Virus record (IMG/VR): IMGVR_UViG_3300022700_000138
Strand: one strand, 5' to 3'
DNA length: 64,000 nucleotides
DNA from: an uncultured virus (IMG/VR IMGVR_UViG_3300022700_000138)
Lineage: Duplodnaviria; Heunggongvirae; Uroviricota; Caudoviricetes
Positions 49,911 through 59,830 of the stretch are shown here, in pieces. A model generated the notes under the pieces. It saw nothing but the letters and a program-made list of their open reading frames with translations, ran no database searches and was not told the DNA's origin. Each line of letters begins with the position of its first letter. Position 1 is the stretch's first letter. Both the position numbers and the translations under genes were made by a program.

Positions 49911-51759
49911 TGAGATCGAGATACTTGAAGACCTAGAACATGTTCGCCTACGCCCAGATATGTATGTAGGTGACACAGATCTGTATGGTCTGCATCATAT
50001 CCTTAAAGAGGTGATAGACAACGCAATAGACGAATATATAGATGGGCATGTGACACAGATAGGTGTTAAATTAGATACTGCCCAACAAACGGTTATGGTA
50101 GTAGACAATGGGCGCGGCATACCGGTAAGCAAGCACAAGAAAGCAAATATACCTACAATAACAGCTGTGTTTACCAAGTTGCATAGTGGCGGCAAGTTTA
50201 GAGACAAGGCCTACACGGGTGTGCAGACCGGGCTGCATGGTATTGGAGTCAAGGCAACTAACGCCCTGTCTAAGAGTCTTACTGTTTGGACTAATCAGAA
50301 GGGAGTCACGTATAAACAAGAGTTCGCTAAAGGCGAACCTGTAACAGCGTTAGAAAAGATAGGTAATAAACTGAAGGCGGGGACCCGTATAGTATTCACA
50401 CCGGACTTTTCCATATTTAAAGAGGTGACGTTTGATCCTGACCGCATTCGTAGTCATCTGCAAAATATTGCGCGGCTGTGTCCTAATTTATCCGTTAAAT
50501 ACAAAGTAGACGACAACGATCTGGAAACATTTCACTATGAGAACGGCCTGGAAAACCTCTTGGAAGAAATGACGAAGGACTTGGAACTGACACATGAACC
50601 ACTGTTTATTCGTAATGAACTATGCGATGTTGCTCTAGTATGGACGGATAGAGAAGGGGGAGAAAAATGGGCTTCTTTTGTAAACGTATCGCCGACACCA
50701 GACCACGGTACCCACGTTAAAGGGGCCAAGAGAGCAATACAAGAGGTATTGTCTTCAATGGCCGACAAAAAGCATGGAAAGCTGAAGGGGGATGATCTTC
50801 GTGATGGTCTTGTTGCGGCAATACACGCCAGAGTCAAGGGACCCAAGTTCAGAGGCCAAACTAAGTTCTCCCTTAAGAACAAGGAAACCGAGGCCGAAGT
50901 AGCTGAGGTGGTAGAGAAGGCGCTTAAACGTTACGCTTCGGCAAACTCCGATCTTGTCAAAACGCTTCTAGAAAGAGCAGTAGAAGTACGGGACGCCAAA
51001 AAGAAGTTCAGAGCGCAACAAAAAGCAATCAAGAGCGTAAAGAACAAAGGTTCCACAAAGAGTGTGCTACCAGGCAAACTATGCAGCGCACCCAACTGTG
51101 GTAACAGTGTAAGAGAACTATTTATAGTCGAAGGCGATTCAGCGTTTGGTATTACTCGAGACGGTCGAGTAAAAATGAAGGACAGCAACGGTGAGAGCAT
51201 CCACTTTCAGGAAGTGTTCCCACTGCGCGGTAAACCACTAAACGTAGAAAAGAAGCCAGGCATTGAAGTAGCTTTAGCCAACGCAGAAATGGCGAACCTC
51301 ACGCAGGCTATAGGTGCAGGGATCGGCCCCACCTTCAAACTCGATGACTGCCGTTATGCAGGAATATACCTGCTAGCCGATGCTGACCCAGATGGAAAGC
51401 ACATTGTTTCCCTTTTACTCACATTCTTCACAAAGTACATGCCCGTACTGATTGAGGAGGATCGCCTTAGAGTTGTACTGAATCCACTATTTCGTGGCGT
51501 GTCCTCTAAGAAAACAGTTTACGGAAATTCAATCGAAGAGGTGCGCGCCAAATTTCCAAAGAACGCTAAGATAAAACTTAGCCGGTTTAAGGGTTTAGGT
51601 GAATCAGGTGCGGTTGATATCCGTACCTATGCAATGAACCCAAAAACAAGAAAGGTATGTAGGGTTATATGGGGAGGCAAGGACGATAAAGAGACGGTGC
51701 TGGCTTATATGGGTGATGATGCTAAATACCGCAAGAAGTTGCTGAAGGTAATAGACTGA
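49888..51759 (+). CDS. gyrB: Type IIA topoisomerase subunit B (GyrB/ParE-like)
   Basis: VRLRPDMY, EVIDNAIDE, DNGRGIP, LHSGGKF, GLHGIG, VEGDSA, PLRGK, DADPDG, RFKGLGE. Confidence 0.93.
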   Translation: MKSKYDSDEIEILEDLEHVRLRPDMYVGDTDLYGLHHILKEVIDNAIDEYIDGHVTQIGVKLDTAQQTVMVVDNGRGIPVSKHKKANIPTITAVFTKLHSGGKFRDKAYTGVQTGLHGIGVKATNALSKSLTVWTNQKGVTYKQEFAKGEPVTALEKIGNKLKAGTRIVFTPDFSIFKEVTFDPDRIRSHLQNIARLCPNLSVKYKVDDNDLETFHYENGLENLLEEMTKDLELTHEPLFIRNELCDVALVWTDREGGEKWASFVNVSPTPDHGTHVKGAKRAIQEVLSSMADKKHGKLKGDDLRDGLVAAIHARVKGPKFRGQTKFSLKNKETEAEVAEVVEKALKRYASANSDLVKTLLERAVEVRDAKKKFRAQQKAIKSVKNKGSTKSVLPGKLCSAPNCGNSVRELFIVEGDSAFGITRDGRVKMKDSNGESIHFQEVFPLRGKPLNVEKKPGIEVALANAEMANLTQAIGAGIGPTFKLDDCRYAGIYLLADADPDGKHIVSLLLTFFTKYMPVLIEEDRLRVVLNPLFRGVSSKKTVYGNSIEEVRAKFPKNAKIKLSRFKGLGESGAVDIRTYAMNPKTRKVCRVIWGGKDDKETVLAYMGDDAKYRKKLLKVID

Positions 51760-53930
51760 TGTCCGATATAAAGAAAGAAGAGAATACTAGCGCAATTGTC
51801 ATAAATTCACTTGCTGAGTATGGCGCGTACACGATAGAGGATCGCGCTATCCCTGATGTTAGAGATGGATTGAAGCCTGCACAAAGACGTATCATGTTTG
51901 CTCTGCATCGCCTCAAAAGGACCAGCAAAACAATGCCGGTTAAGAGCGCCAGAGTTGTAGGTGATACTATCGGGCAATTTCACCCGCATGGCGATTCTGC
52001 ATGCTACGATACGCTGGTGAACTTAACGCACCTGCGTTATCCAATTGCTGATGGTTCCAAAAGTAACTTTGGCAATCCCAATACTTTGGTAGACACGGGT
52101 TATGCGGACAAACGCTATACTGAAACCCGAATGACTGCGTTCGGCGATAGACTGTTCGATGATATATCGGTAATACCGACCCAGCCAACCTTTGATGAAG
52201 AAGACGACGAACCGATTATTTTGCCTGTGCGTGTACCACTACTCCTGGTAAATGGTAGCTCAGGTACGGCACTTGGGCTCAAGACGACAATACCCCCACA
52301 CAACTTGGATGAAGTAATAGACGCAACACAATACTTAATAGAAAACCCGGAATGTAGTGTTACCGATTTGATGAAGTACATTAAAGGACCCGACTATGGT
52401 AATGGTGCCATACTATCAGGCAAACGGGAAATAAAGGAGCTGTATGAAACCGGTAAGGGTAAAATATCGTACACGTGTAACTACCGGTATGAAGAGGGCC
52501 GCAAAGGAGTAAGCAGACTAGTCGTTACAGGAATGGCCCCTGGATTCCGCAAGAGCAGGTTCGTAAAGGTTACTAAAAATCTAGCGGATCAAAAATTACT
52601 GGTAGACGCTGCACGTGACGATGGTACTATAGAAGAGCCGACTAGGTTTGTCGTAGAATTCAAGGATCCCAATATCGTAAATGATCGTGTACTTCCATTG
52701 CTCAATACAAGCATCTCTTACCAAATGTATGCCTTGGGTCCCAAGAAACGACCCAAGAAGTTCAATCTAAAAGAGATGCTCCAAGCTTTTGTACAGGTAC
52801 GTCGTACTATAGAAAGTAGGGTACTTAAAGAAGAACGCGCGTCGATACAAAAGAAGCTATTAGTTACACAGGCCAAAAAAGCTGCGGTCAACAACATGGA
52901 TGTACTACGTAAAGTGCAATCGGAAGCCAAGTCGGATGAAGAAGCAGTTAAAATGCTGGCTTCGTCCAAGAAGTTGAACATAAATGAGGAGCAAGCAATC
53001 ATTATATTGGATGCCAGCTTCCGGTCTTTACTACGCGCTAATCGGAAAAGCCTGAGCGATAAGGAAAAAGAGCATAAAGACAGACTTCGCGATATAAAGG
53101 AAGGGCTGGATAACATAGATGGCGTGGTGTCCAGCCGACTGGAAGAAATGCGCAAGTACGTCACTAAACGTGAAACCCGGCTACGGGGTGACGTAAAAGA
53201 AGTTGAGGATAATGTAGAAACTACTTATCATATAGGTATCACACCAGAATTAAAAGTTGATAGCTTTGTTGAACTACCAACAAAGAGCAAAGCTGCTTGG
53301 AACTATGTAAAAATGGTACAAACCAAGCTTGGTTTTGTCGTGGTAGACGAGGACAACTTGGGACAGTCGATTAAACTGTCGTACCTAGACAAGTTAGATA
53401 CCAAAGGCAGCGGCAAGATAATAGGGGTGTCACGGTTAGAAGACGACTGCATGATTGCAATTTCAGAAAAAGGAAAGTATGTAGCATTCCCACCAGACCA
53501 GCGCCGTACCCAGTATCCTGTATTCAGAAATCTAGACGATGACGACCATATCGTTTATGCATCTGGATTTAATGAAGGGGATATACTTTATGTTTGGTTT
53601 GACGACGGTACTGTCGAGGAGTTAGACAAGCTACAGGTAACACGACCAAATGTCGCCCCTAAAAAGATAAAAAAGGGTAGCAAGATTACCCGACTTGTGA
53701 CGCGTGCGTTAGTTGTGCCGTCGGACACTGTAACACTATCCATAGACGGTGATGAGTATAACCCAACTGAATTCGAACTGGATGAATCGATTCTTGTAGT
53801 TAGCAACGAAAACTTGGTGATAATGGGTGACGGTAGGCGCCTTGTCAAAGATTTCGATGGTGTAGTTAAACTGATTGAAAAGGGTGACGAGGTTACAATG
53901 GTAAACCCTCTCATGCCAATTGATGAGTAA
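51759..53930 (+). CDS. gyrA: Type IIA topoisomerase subunit A (GyrA/ParC-like)
   Basis: RAIPDVRDGLKPAQRR, KSARVVG, HPHGD, catalytic RYTE, LLVNG, IPPHN. Confidence 0.92.
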   Translation: MSDIKKEENTSAIVINSLAEYGAYTIEDRAIPDVRDGLKPAQRRIMFALHRLKRTSKTMPVKSARVVGDTIGQFHPHGDSACYDTLVNLTHLRYPIADGSKSNFGNPNTLVDTGYADKRYTETRMTAFGDRLFDDISVIPTQPTFDEEDDEPIILPVRVPLLLVNGSSGTALGLKTTIPPHNLDEVIDATQYLIENPECSVTDLMKYIKGPDYGNGAILSGKREIKELYETGKGKISYTCNYRYEEGRKGVSRLVVTGMAPGFRKSRFVKVTKNLADQKLLVDAARDDGTIEEPTRFVVEFKDPNIVNDRVLPLLNTSISYQMYALGPKKRPKKFNLKEMLQAFVQVRRTIESRVLKEERASIQKKLLVTQAKKAAVNNMDVLRKVQSEAKSDEEAVKMLASSKKLNINEEQAIIILDASFRSLLRANRKSLSDKEKEHKDRLRDIKEGLDNIDGVVSSRLEEMRKYVTKRETRLRGDVKEVEDNVETTYHIGITPELKVDSFVELPTKSKAAWNYVKMVQTKLGFVVVDEDNLGQSIKLSYLDKLDTKGSGKIIGVSRLEDDCMIAISEKGKYVAFPPDQRRTQYPVFRNLDDDDHIVYASGFNEGDILYVWFDDGTVEELDKLQVTRPNVAPKKIKKGSKITRLVTRALVVPSDTVTLSIDGDEYNPTEFELDESILVVSNENLVIMGDGRRLVKDFDGVVKLIEKGDEVTMVNPLMPIDE

Positions 53931-54801
53931 GCAGGCAAAAATCAGATCCCCTATTAAAATGTTAGGGGGTAAGGGTACGTTACGCAACAGGATAATCCGG
54001 TATTTTCCTCCCCATCGGGTATACGTCGAGCCGTTTGGGGGCGGAGGTAGTGTACTGCTTGCGAAGAAGCCAGCAAAAATAGAAGTGTATAACGATAAAG
54101 ATCCACGGCCTGCGGAGCTGTTTCTCACAATACAAAATCGGGATACCCTAAAACGACTTACTGAGCTGCTTTGGTTGACACCTTATAGCAGGTATGAACG
54201 AGAGCAGGCTCGATTGGGCTGGGAAGACGAGGCACTAGACGTTTCCAGGGCTGCTATGTACTTTGTAAACTCACGGCAGTCTTTTGGAGGTAATATAGAT
54301 AGGACATCCTGGGGTCTAGTAACAACCAGCTCGGCTAGAGGGAAGGCGCAGCCTGTAAATGCATACATTGAAGCTATAAAGAAATTGAAGGACGTTCAGC
54401 GCCGGATAAAAGATGTCACCATTTATAACGCTGATTATTGGGATGTTATCAAGAAATATGACAGTAAAAGTACACTGTTTTACTTAGATCCACCATATCC
54501 AAAGAGCACACGTAGAGACGGCTACTACGAGTGTGATATGGAAGAACTAGAGCACAAAGTTCTGATAAACAGAATTACAAAACGTAAGGGCTGCGTTGTA
54601 CTATCAGGTTACTGGAATAGTTTATATAATACGTTGGTCGATGACTACGGTTGGCGGTTAATAGAGTTTCAACGGGCTTGTAGTTCTGTAGCGAGAACAA
54701 AAGCTACAGGGCTTTTAGGTACTGGTTCCGTACGGACGAAGCAAGGTCGTGTGGATTGTATTTGGTTGAATCCCAGGACCCAAGAAGCTCTGAACCTGTG
54801 A
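53923..54801 (+). CDS. DNA adenine methyltransferase (Dam/D12 class)
   Basis: GGK, YVEPFGGGGSV, EVYND, FYLDPPY. Confidence 0.9.
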   Translation: MSKQAKIRSPIKMLGGKGTLRNRIIRYFPPHRVYVEPFGGGGSVLLAKKPAKIEVYNDKDPRPAELFLTIQNRDTLKRLTELLWLTPYSRYEREQARLGWEDEALDVSRAAMYFVNSRQSFGGNIDRTSWGLVTTSSARGKAQPVNAYIEAIKKLKDVQRRIKDVTIYNADYWDVIKKYDSKSTLFYLDPPYPKSTRRDGYYECDMEELEHKVLINRITKRKGCVVLSGYWNSLYNTLVDDYGWRLIEFQRACSSVARTKATGLLGTGSVRTKQGRVDCIWLNPRTQEALNL

Positions 54802-54914
54802 GTAACGGCGCTTGATAGTATCAGGCCACAAGGTGTGAGTAAGTATATTACCGCTGCAGAGCCCAGGTAAATGGTTGCTTTATCCTGTGTGGCCTCTTTT
54901 TTAAGGAGCATAGC

Positions 54915-55628
54915 ATGAGTTGTGGTTTCTACGGTAAAGCGCTACTAAGCCATCAAGACATCCTGACCGGATACGAAAACGGAGACATTTATATAGATCC
55001 CTTTAACAAGAGTCATGTTGGTACTAATAGCTATGACGTTACATTAGGCAAATACTATTGGAAGGAGTCGGATCCGGACAATCGAGTTTTCACGCACAAA
55101 GTACGGCGCGGTACTCTGTATAATTTTTACGATGAGACCCATGTAAATAAGACATGGGCGCTAAAAACGGCTAACCGAGCGCAGGACGTAATACTTCAAC
55201 ACGAGAAGCTAGTTGGGATTAATCCAAATGATCTGGTTATATTGTTAGAACCAGGAGAGGTAGTTTTAGGGCATACTGAAGAATTTATAGGGGGCTCGTC
55301 AAATAGGATCACCACAATGATGAAAGCCCGTTCTACCATAGGTAGAAACTTTATTGAAATTAGCAGGTGTGCTGGTTCAGGAGATGTCGGCTATCATAAT
55401 AGGTGGACTTTAGAATTAACCAATAACTCTAGGTTCTATACGATCCCACTCGTAGTAGGACGCAGAATAGGGCAACTGCTGTTCTTCGAGGTTACTCCCG
55501 TAGATGAAAAATATTACGCATCGGGTAAATACCAGATAGAATCTGACCCTGAAGAAATGAAAAAGCGCTGGAAACCACAAGACATGCTACCTAAGGCTTA
55601 CAAAGACCGAGAACTAGGAGAAGAGTAG
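54915..55628 (+). CDS. dcd: dCTP deaminase
   Basis: SYDVTLG, ARSTIGR, GDVGY, TLELTN, RIGQLLF, Y..GKYQ. Confidence 0.88.
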   Translation: MSCGFYGKALLSHQDILTGYENGDIYIDPFNKSHVGTNSYDVTLGKYYWKESDPDNRVFTHKVRRGTLYNFYDETHVNKTWALKTANRAQDVILQHEKLVGINPNDLVILLEPGEVVLGHTEEFIGGSSNRITTMMKARSTIGRNFIEISRCAGSGDVGYHNRWTLELTNNSRFYTIPLVVGRRIGQLLFFEVTPVDEKYYASGKYQIESDPEEMKKRWKPQDMLPKAYKDRELGEE

Positions 55629-55630
55629 GT

Positions 55631-57085
55631 ATGCGATTCAAACCCGGAGACATAATTCAGCTAAAGCAAGCTGCTATACTCGATGGCACTATAGAAGGTA
55701 CCACAGTCATACTGGAAGCCTACTCAAATGCCGTATTTGTAATAATTGACACAGATGAACATGACAACAGAATTTTCTTCGATATAAACCACGAGGATGT
55801 AACAAATAGATATGTAATTGCAATAAGGTGCTGCATTGACTTAGAAGAATTTGGCGAACATAACATTGATATACTAGTTCCGCAAGATCATGAGCCCCGA
55901 CAACGCACAAGTAAAAAGGAAAAACCAATGCGTAAAGCCAGTCCATTCCGTCTAAGCTTCTACTCTGTAAAACAGGGACGTAATCGCCCCAGTGCTGACA
56001 TGTTCCAGCTAGTGGCATCAAAACTGGCCGATGTCCATGACAAACCAGCGTGGAAGCTTCCACAAGACGGATTGTTTGGACCTAATACTACCAAGGTAGC
56101 AAAAGAAATCCAATCTCACTACGGACTTTCACCAGTGGACGGTATTATAGGTAAAGGCACCTGGCGTGCCATTACTCCTGACTTGGGAGCCTGGAGGCCA
56201 CCGCTCAGACTACGCATCAGTGAGTGTCAGTGCTCTTGGGAAGCAGGGGCTGCTGGATATGGGTACTATGGGCTCATTGAATGGGAAGGTTGGTGGAATT
56301 ACGGTATTTGGAATGTTAATCGAGGAAGTGCAAGATCCCTGGTTCGAATGGGTGGTGCAGATCATTTAATATCAAAGATAGGCACTGCAGATGCGATGGG
56401 GACTGATAGTCAACCGTACGCCGGTCGGGATTTAGCAGCAGAGGTCGCGCACTGGTTCAAAACAATGGGAAAGAACGTGCAAGTAGGTGAGTACTTTGTG
56501 AACCACACACTAAAACCTAGCCTGCTAAACTTGGTCAAACTAGGATGGGATGTTCAGCAACTAGGATTTTCGGGTGAGGGGGAGATTCACAATTTATCAA
56601 CCAAAACCGTTGATCAACTCGATGAGTGTCTGAGATCTATAGATCCGTTTTATGAGCGCTTGGTCCTTCAAGCTTGCGACATTACAGTCAACTCTGGTCC
56701 GGGTAACTACTTTCCTAACAAATCCCCCCGAGCTTGGGGTGGACACGGAGATGAGGCGTGGCCTGAGGACAAGCTCCCCCCAAAGGAAGAGGTCAAAAAA
56801 GTGTTTGCCAAGACCTTTGGTGGGGAAATTACGGACGACTACACCTATCTGAAAGCGAACCATCCCGACGACACCTATCGAGACGCGCTGAAAAGGTCCC
56901 TCGATGAGCTATGTTCTGATGACGAACAGCGCATCAATTTGATTGGGGAACTTCAGGCTCGATGCGTTATTGGAAAATGGAGAGGTGACGTAATCAGACG
57001 TCGCCGAGCAGTTGCCTGGAAAGAGGGACACGCCTTTCAAGGGAGCTTCTACTGCATGGGCGAGCATTTTGGAATAGGAGTTTAG
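55631..57085 (+). CDS. Peptidoglycan-binding-domain protein, possible endolysin
   Basis: DGLFGPNT...IQ..YGL..VDGIIGKGTWRA PG-binding motif followed by an unassigned domain. Confidence 0.65.
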   Translation: MRFKPGDIIQLKQAAILDGTIEGTTVILEAYSNAVFVIIDTDEHDNRIFFDINHEDVTNRYVIAIRCCIDLEEFGEHNIDILVPQDHEPRQRTSKKEKPMRKASPFRLSFYSVKQGRNRPSADMFQLVASKLADVHDKPAWKLPQDGLFGPNTTKVAKEIQSHYGLSPVDGIIGKGTWRAITPDLGAWRPPLRLRISECQCSWEAGAAGYGYYGLIEWEGWWNYGIWNVNRGSARSLVRMGGADHLISKIGTADAMGTDSQPYAGRDLAAEVAHWFKTMGKNVQVGEYFVNHTLKPSLLNLVKLGWDVQQLGFSGEGEIHNLSTKTVDQLDECLRSIDPFYERLVLQACDITVNSGPGNYFPNKSPRAWGGHGDEAWPEDKLPPKEEVKKVFAKTFGGEITDDYTYLKANHPDDTYRDALKRSLDELCSDDEQRINLIGELQARCVIGKWRGDVIRRRRAVAWKEGHAFQGSFYCMGEHFGIGV

Positions 57086-57087
57086 GT

Positions 57088-57369
57088 ATGGCCCACAAAA
57101 TAGTCAAATCTGCCAGTGCCTTAGTTGTAATGGACGATGCATCACCAGAGTATCTTCACCTAACCATTGGAGGTCCTGAAGTTGGGTGGGTAGTGGTATC
57201 TAATGAAGAATGGTCACCCACGGATGCTAGTACGGCTGCTTTATCTCTGGTCGAGGCGGTTAAAGCGCTCATAGCACTAAATGATCCCAGAGTAAATTCG
57301 ATTTTGGAAGAAAGAAACATCACTTTTCGTGAGCCGAAGGAGACGACATCCAACCCTCCAACCAGGTAA
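57088..57369 (+). CDS. Hypothetical protein
   Basis: 93 aa, AGGAG SD. Confidence 0.55.
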   Translation: MAHKIVKSASALVVMDDASPEYLHLTIGGPEVGWVVVSNEEWSPTDASTAALSLVEAVKALIALNDPRVNSILEERNITFREPKETTSNPPTR

Positions 57370-57412
57370 TCCAAAAGTAAGCTAAACCCTAGACGGGGTC
57401 GCATTACTCTAC

Positions 57413-57634
57413 ATGAGCCAGATCAAGAACAAGGTGAGACAAGAAATGTCCGATAATGAACCAGAAAAAGAAGACCCACTGAATAAAATAGCCGATCAAC
57501 TCAACAGGCTAAACAATAATCTTGAAAAACTCATACGAAAAGATTATTGTAGTGGGCAAACCTACGTACCAGTAGAGCTAACCCTTGATACTAAGCTGCA
57601 TACTATAATCCGTAGGGCGTACTCAGATAAATAG
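57413..57634 (+). CDS. Hypothetical protein
   Basis: 73-aa ORF; start may be the downstream ATG (57446). Confidence 0.45.
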   Translation: MSQIKNKVRQEMSDNEPEKEDPLNKIADQLNRLNNNLEKLIRKDYCSGQTYVPVELTLDTKLHTIIRRAYSDK

Positions 57635-57638
57635 AACC

Positions 57639-58007
57639 ATGTACATGACTCTACATGATTTTCTCCACGCTAACCAATTGTGTAACAATTCTTTTGTACA
57701 GCATGACAGCTTTCTGGAGCTATATTTACGTATTGGTCCTAGATACGTGGATATATCCCACAAGTTAGTGTACTTGGATCGAGTTCTGCAGATAGCCCGG
57801 GTGGCAGCCAAAGTCCCTAAGACTGGCGCACTGCGTCAATTGGTTGGTGACGTCGACAGGATTTCCGGGTGTAAGTTACCTATATATATAGAGAACCTGT
57901 ATAATAGTGCAGCCGCACAAGGGATATTACGCTCCGATCTGGGCTTCATGGAAGTAGACCAAAAAAGTCCACATGCTACTTGCCTTTTGCGTCCTGCGGT
58001 GCTATAG
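57639..58007 (+). CDS. Hypothetical protein, weakly GNAT-like
   Basis: QIARV...PKTGALRQLV...IYIEN...LGF pattern. Confidence 0.4.
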   Translation: MYMTLHDFLHANQLCNNSFVQHDSFLELYLRIGPRYVDISHKLVYLDRVLQIARVAAKVPKTGALRQLVGDVDRISGCKLPIYIENLYNSAAAQGILRSDLGFMEVDQKSPHATCLLRPAVL

Positions 58008-58123
58008 ATCTTACTCAAATCCTTTCCTACTGTAAAGGAATGGTGTGGGCAGTAGATACACGCACCTTGTTGAGTCCTTTCGGCGTTCTGGTTTCGGAAA
58101 AATCTTCTGCCCACAATTTTTGC

Positions 58124-58152
58124 TTGACTGCGCTACCCGAAGTGTTTAGCTT
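58124..58152 (+). promoter_or_regulatory. Sigma70-type promoter for the lipoprotein gene
   Basis: TTGACT-N17-TAGCTT, upstream of GGAGG SD and ATG 58186. Confidence 0.6.
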
Positions 58153-58185
58153 GAATTTATCAACCAGCGACACGGAGGATGCATC

Positions 58186-59307
58186 ATGCGAACCACAACT
58201 TTTTTGTTCCTGAGTCTGTTTCTGGTAGCGTGTGGTACTACCGACACGCCCACGGACAACACAAACAACCAGAACACAAACACCAGCGACCCGGTCTGCG
58301 GGAACGGTATTCTTGAACCCGGGGAGGCCTGCGACGACGGAGCAGACAACTCTGATGTTGCTCCCAATGCCTGCCGCACAGACTGCCGAGAACCCTCTTG
58401 CGGAGACGGGGTCATTGACAGTGGCGAAGCCTGTGACGGTAGTGAGCTAGCTTCTAATAGCTGCGTCGGGCTTGGGTACACTAAGGGGACGCTGGCTTGC
58501 GACCCGATTACCTGTGAATACGACGTCAGAGACTGCAGTACCTGCGGTGATGGCGTTGCTGAAGGAACGGATACCTCGACAGTAGGATACGAAACTTGCG
58601 ACGGGAGTGATCTACGTGGTAAGGATTGCATTTCTATCGGGCAAGCAATGGGTACTCTTGCCTGTAATTCGTCTTGCGAGTGGGATATTTCCGGCTGCGT
58701 GGGAGGGGGCCCAGTTTGCGGAAACGGGATCGTAGAGGAGGGCGAGGAATGTGACGACGGAAACCACACCCTAACCGACAACTGCCCGGACGGACCGGCC
58801 GGAACGTGTCTCAGCGCGTACTGTGGGGATGGGTATGTTCAGGCTGGTATCGAGGGCTGTGATGATGGCAACGGTACCAATGAAGATATCTGCCCGGATG
58901 GCCCAGGTGGAACCTGCCAGACGGCAAGCTGTGGCGATGGGTTCGTGTTTACCGGAGCCGAAAACTGTGATACAGCACTGGACCCTTACTGTCACACTGA
59001 CTGCGTGGCACGTTGTGGAGATGGGACTGTGGATACTCAGTTCGGTGAGCGCTGTGATGACGGGAACAACGTAGACGACGAGGATTGCTACTCCGATTGC
59101 TCTGGCTACTGCGGCGACGCCATTGTTCACGATGGGACTTGGGACGAAAACGTCCAGGCTGTATTGCCAGATCATGGAGAAGAGTGTGACAGAGGTCCTG
59201 TTGGCGGAATTGCCTGTAGTGCAAGCTGTACGCTAACCGATTGTGGTAACGGATCCTGCTTTGAGCCAGTAGAGACACCGGACAATTGCCCGCAAGATTG
59301 TCCGTAG
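58186..59307 (+). CDS. Lipoprotein with Myxococcus cysteine-rich (DUF4215-like) repeats
   Basis: Lipobox LVAC; many CG(N/D)GxxxxGExCDDGN repeats; ends CPQDCP. Confidence 0.85.
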   Translation: MRTTTFLFLSLFLVACGTTDTPTDNTNNQNTNTSDPVCGNGILEPGEACDDGADNSDVAPNACRTDCREPSCGDGVIDSGEACDGSELASNSCVGLGYTKGTLACDPITCEYDVRDCSTCGDGVAEGTDTSTVGYETCDGSDLRGKDCISIGQAMGTLACNSSCEWDISGCVGGGPVCGNGIVEEGEECDDGNHTLTDNCPDGPAGTCLSAYCGDGYVQAGIEGCDDGNGTNEDICPDGPGGTCQTASCGDGFVFTGAENCDTALDPYCHTDCVARCGDGTVDTQFGERCDDGNNVDDEDCYSDCSGYCGDAIVHDGTWDENVQAVLPDHGEECDRGPVGGIACSASCTLTDCGNGSCFEPVETPDNCPQDCP

Positions 59308-59369
59308 TAAACGGCGTCCAGAGGTAGATGGTACCTTGACAACAGAATAGTGAACGATGCGAAGTTTTC

Positions 59370-59442
59370 GGGCCTGTAGCTCAGTTGGGAGAGCATCGCC
59401 CTTGCAAGGCGAATGTCGCTGGTTCGATTCCAGTCAGGTCCA
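59370..59442 (+). tRNA. tRNA-Ala(TGC)
   Basis: Cloverleaf, loop CTTGCAA, G3:U70 pair, TTCGATT T-loop; CCA not encoded. Confidence 0.93.
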
Positions 59443-59600
59443 CAAAATAACCAGGTAGCTGCGCTGCATGGTAGCTGCTCTAGAAGATGCGCAGGGTGTG
59501 TGGGTTATGGTGCTAGGATGGCGCTGCGGCATGGATTGATCCTCCTCAGCCTCAGTACTGGAGTACCCAGTCGGTGAATCCGATCTGCACCTATTCACCT

Positions 59601-59830
59601 AGCTGTCTTTGATAATGAGTGAATTAACTCGGTAAGACTCCGGGCTGGTTTTAATGTTTGAGCCCTGCGTAACGTAAACTGCTCGCCGAAGATCCGTCAA
59701 GGTAGGTCTGTGGCTTACTGGCAGGCGCGAAGCGGTGCGGGGCCGCGTGAGGGTAACCTCTCCCCGTGGTTGGTACGGACAGGGTTGGCAGCTATCCTAT
59801 CCCTCTGACCTTTAAATTATCAAAAGCTGC
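59601..59830 (+). ncRNA. Putative structured ncRNA domain of unknown family
   Basis: Closing helix TTTGATAAT/ATTATCAAA; nested AGCCCTG/CAGGGTT and TCCGT/ACGGA; GAGG-GTAA-CCTC GNRA hairpin. Confidence 0.5.

Noticed and set aside
46923..53930. Inteins or introns in polA and the topoisomerase genes
   Set aside because: ORFs are continuous with normal motif spacing; no intein termini or homing endonuclease motifs seen
59336..59365. Sigma70 promoter before tRNA-Ala (TTGACA)
   Set aside because: No acceptable -10 at 16-18 bp spacing
703..59396. Minus-strand and nested alternative-frame ORFs in the ORF track
   Set aside because: They overlap long + strand genes and look like antisense shadows with no motifs
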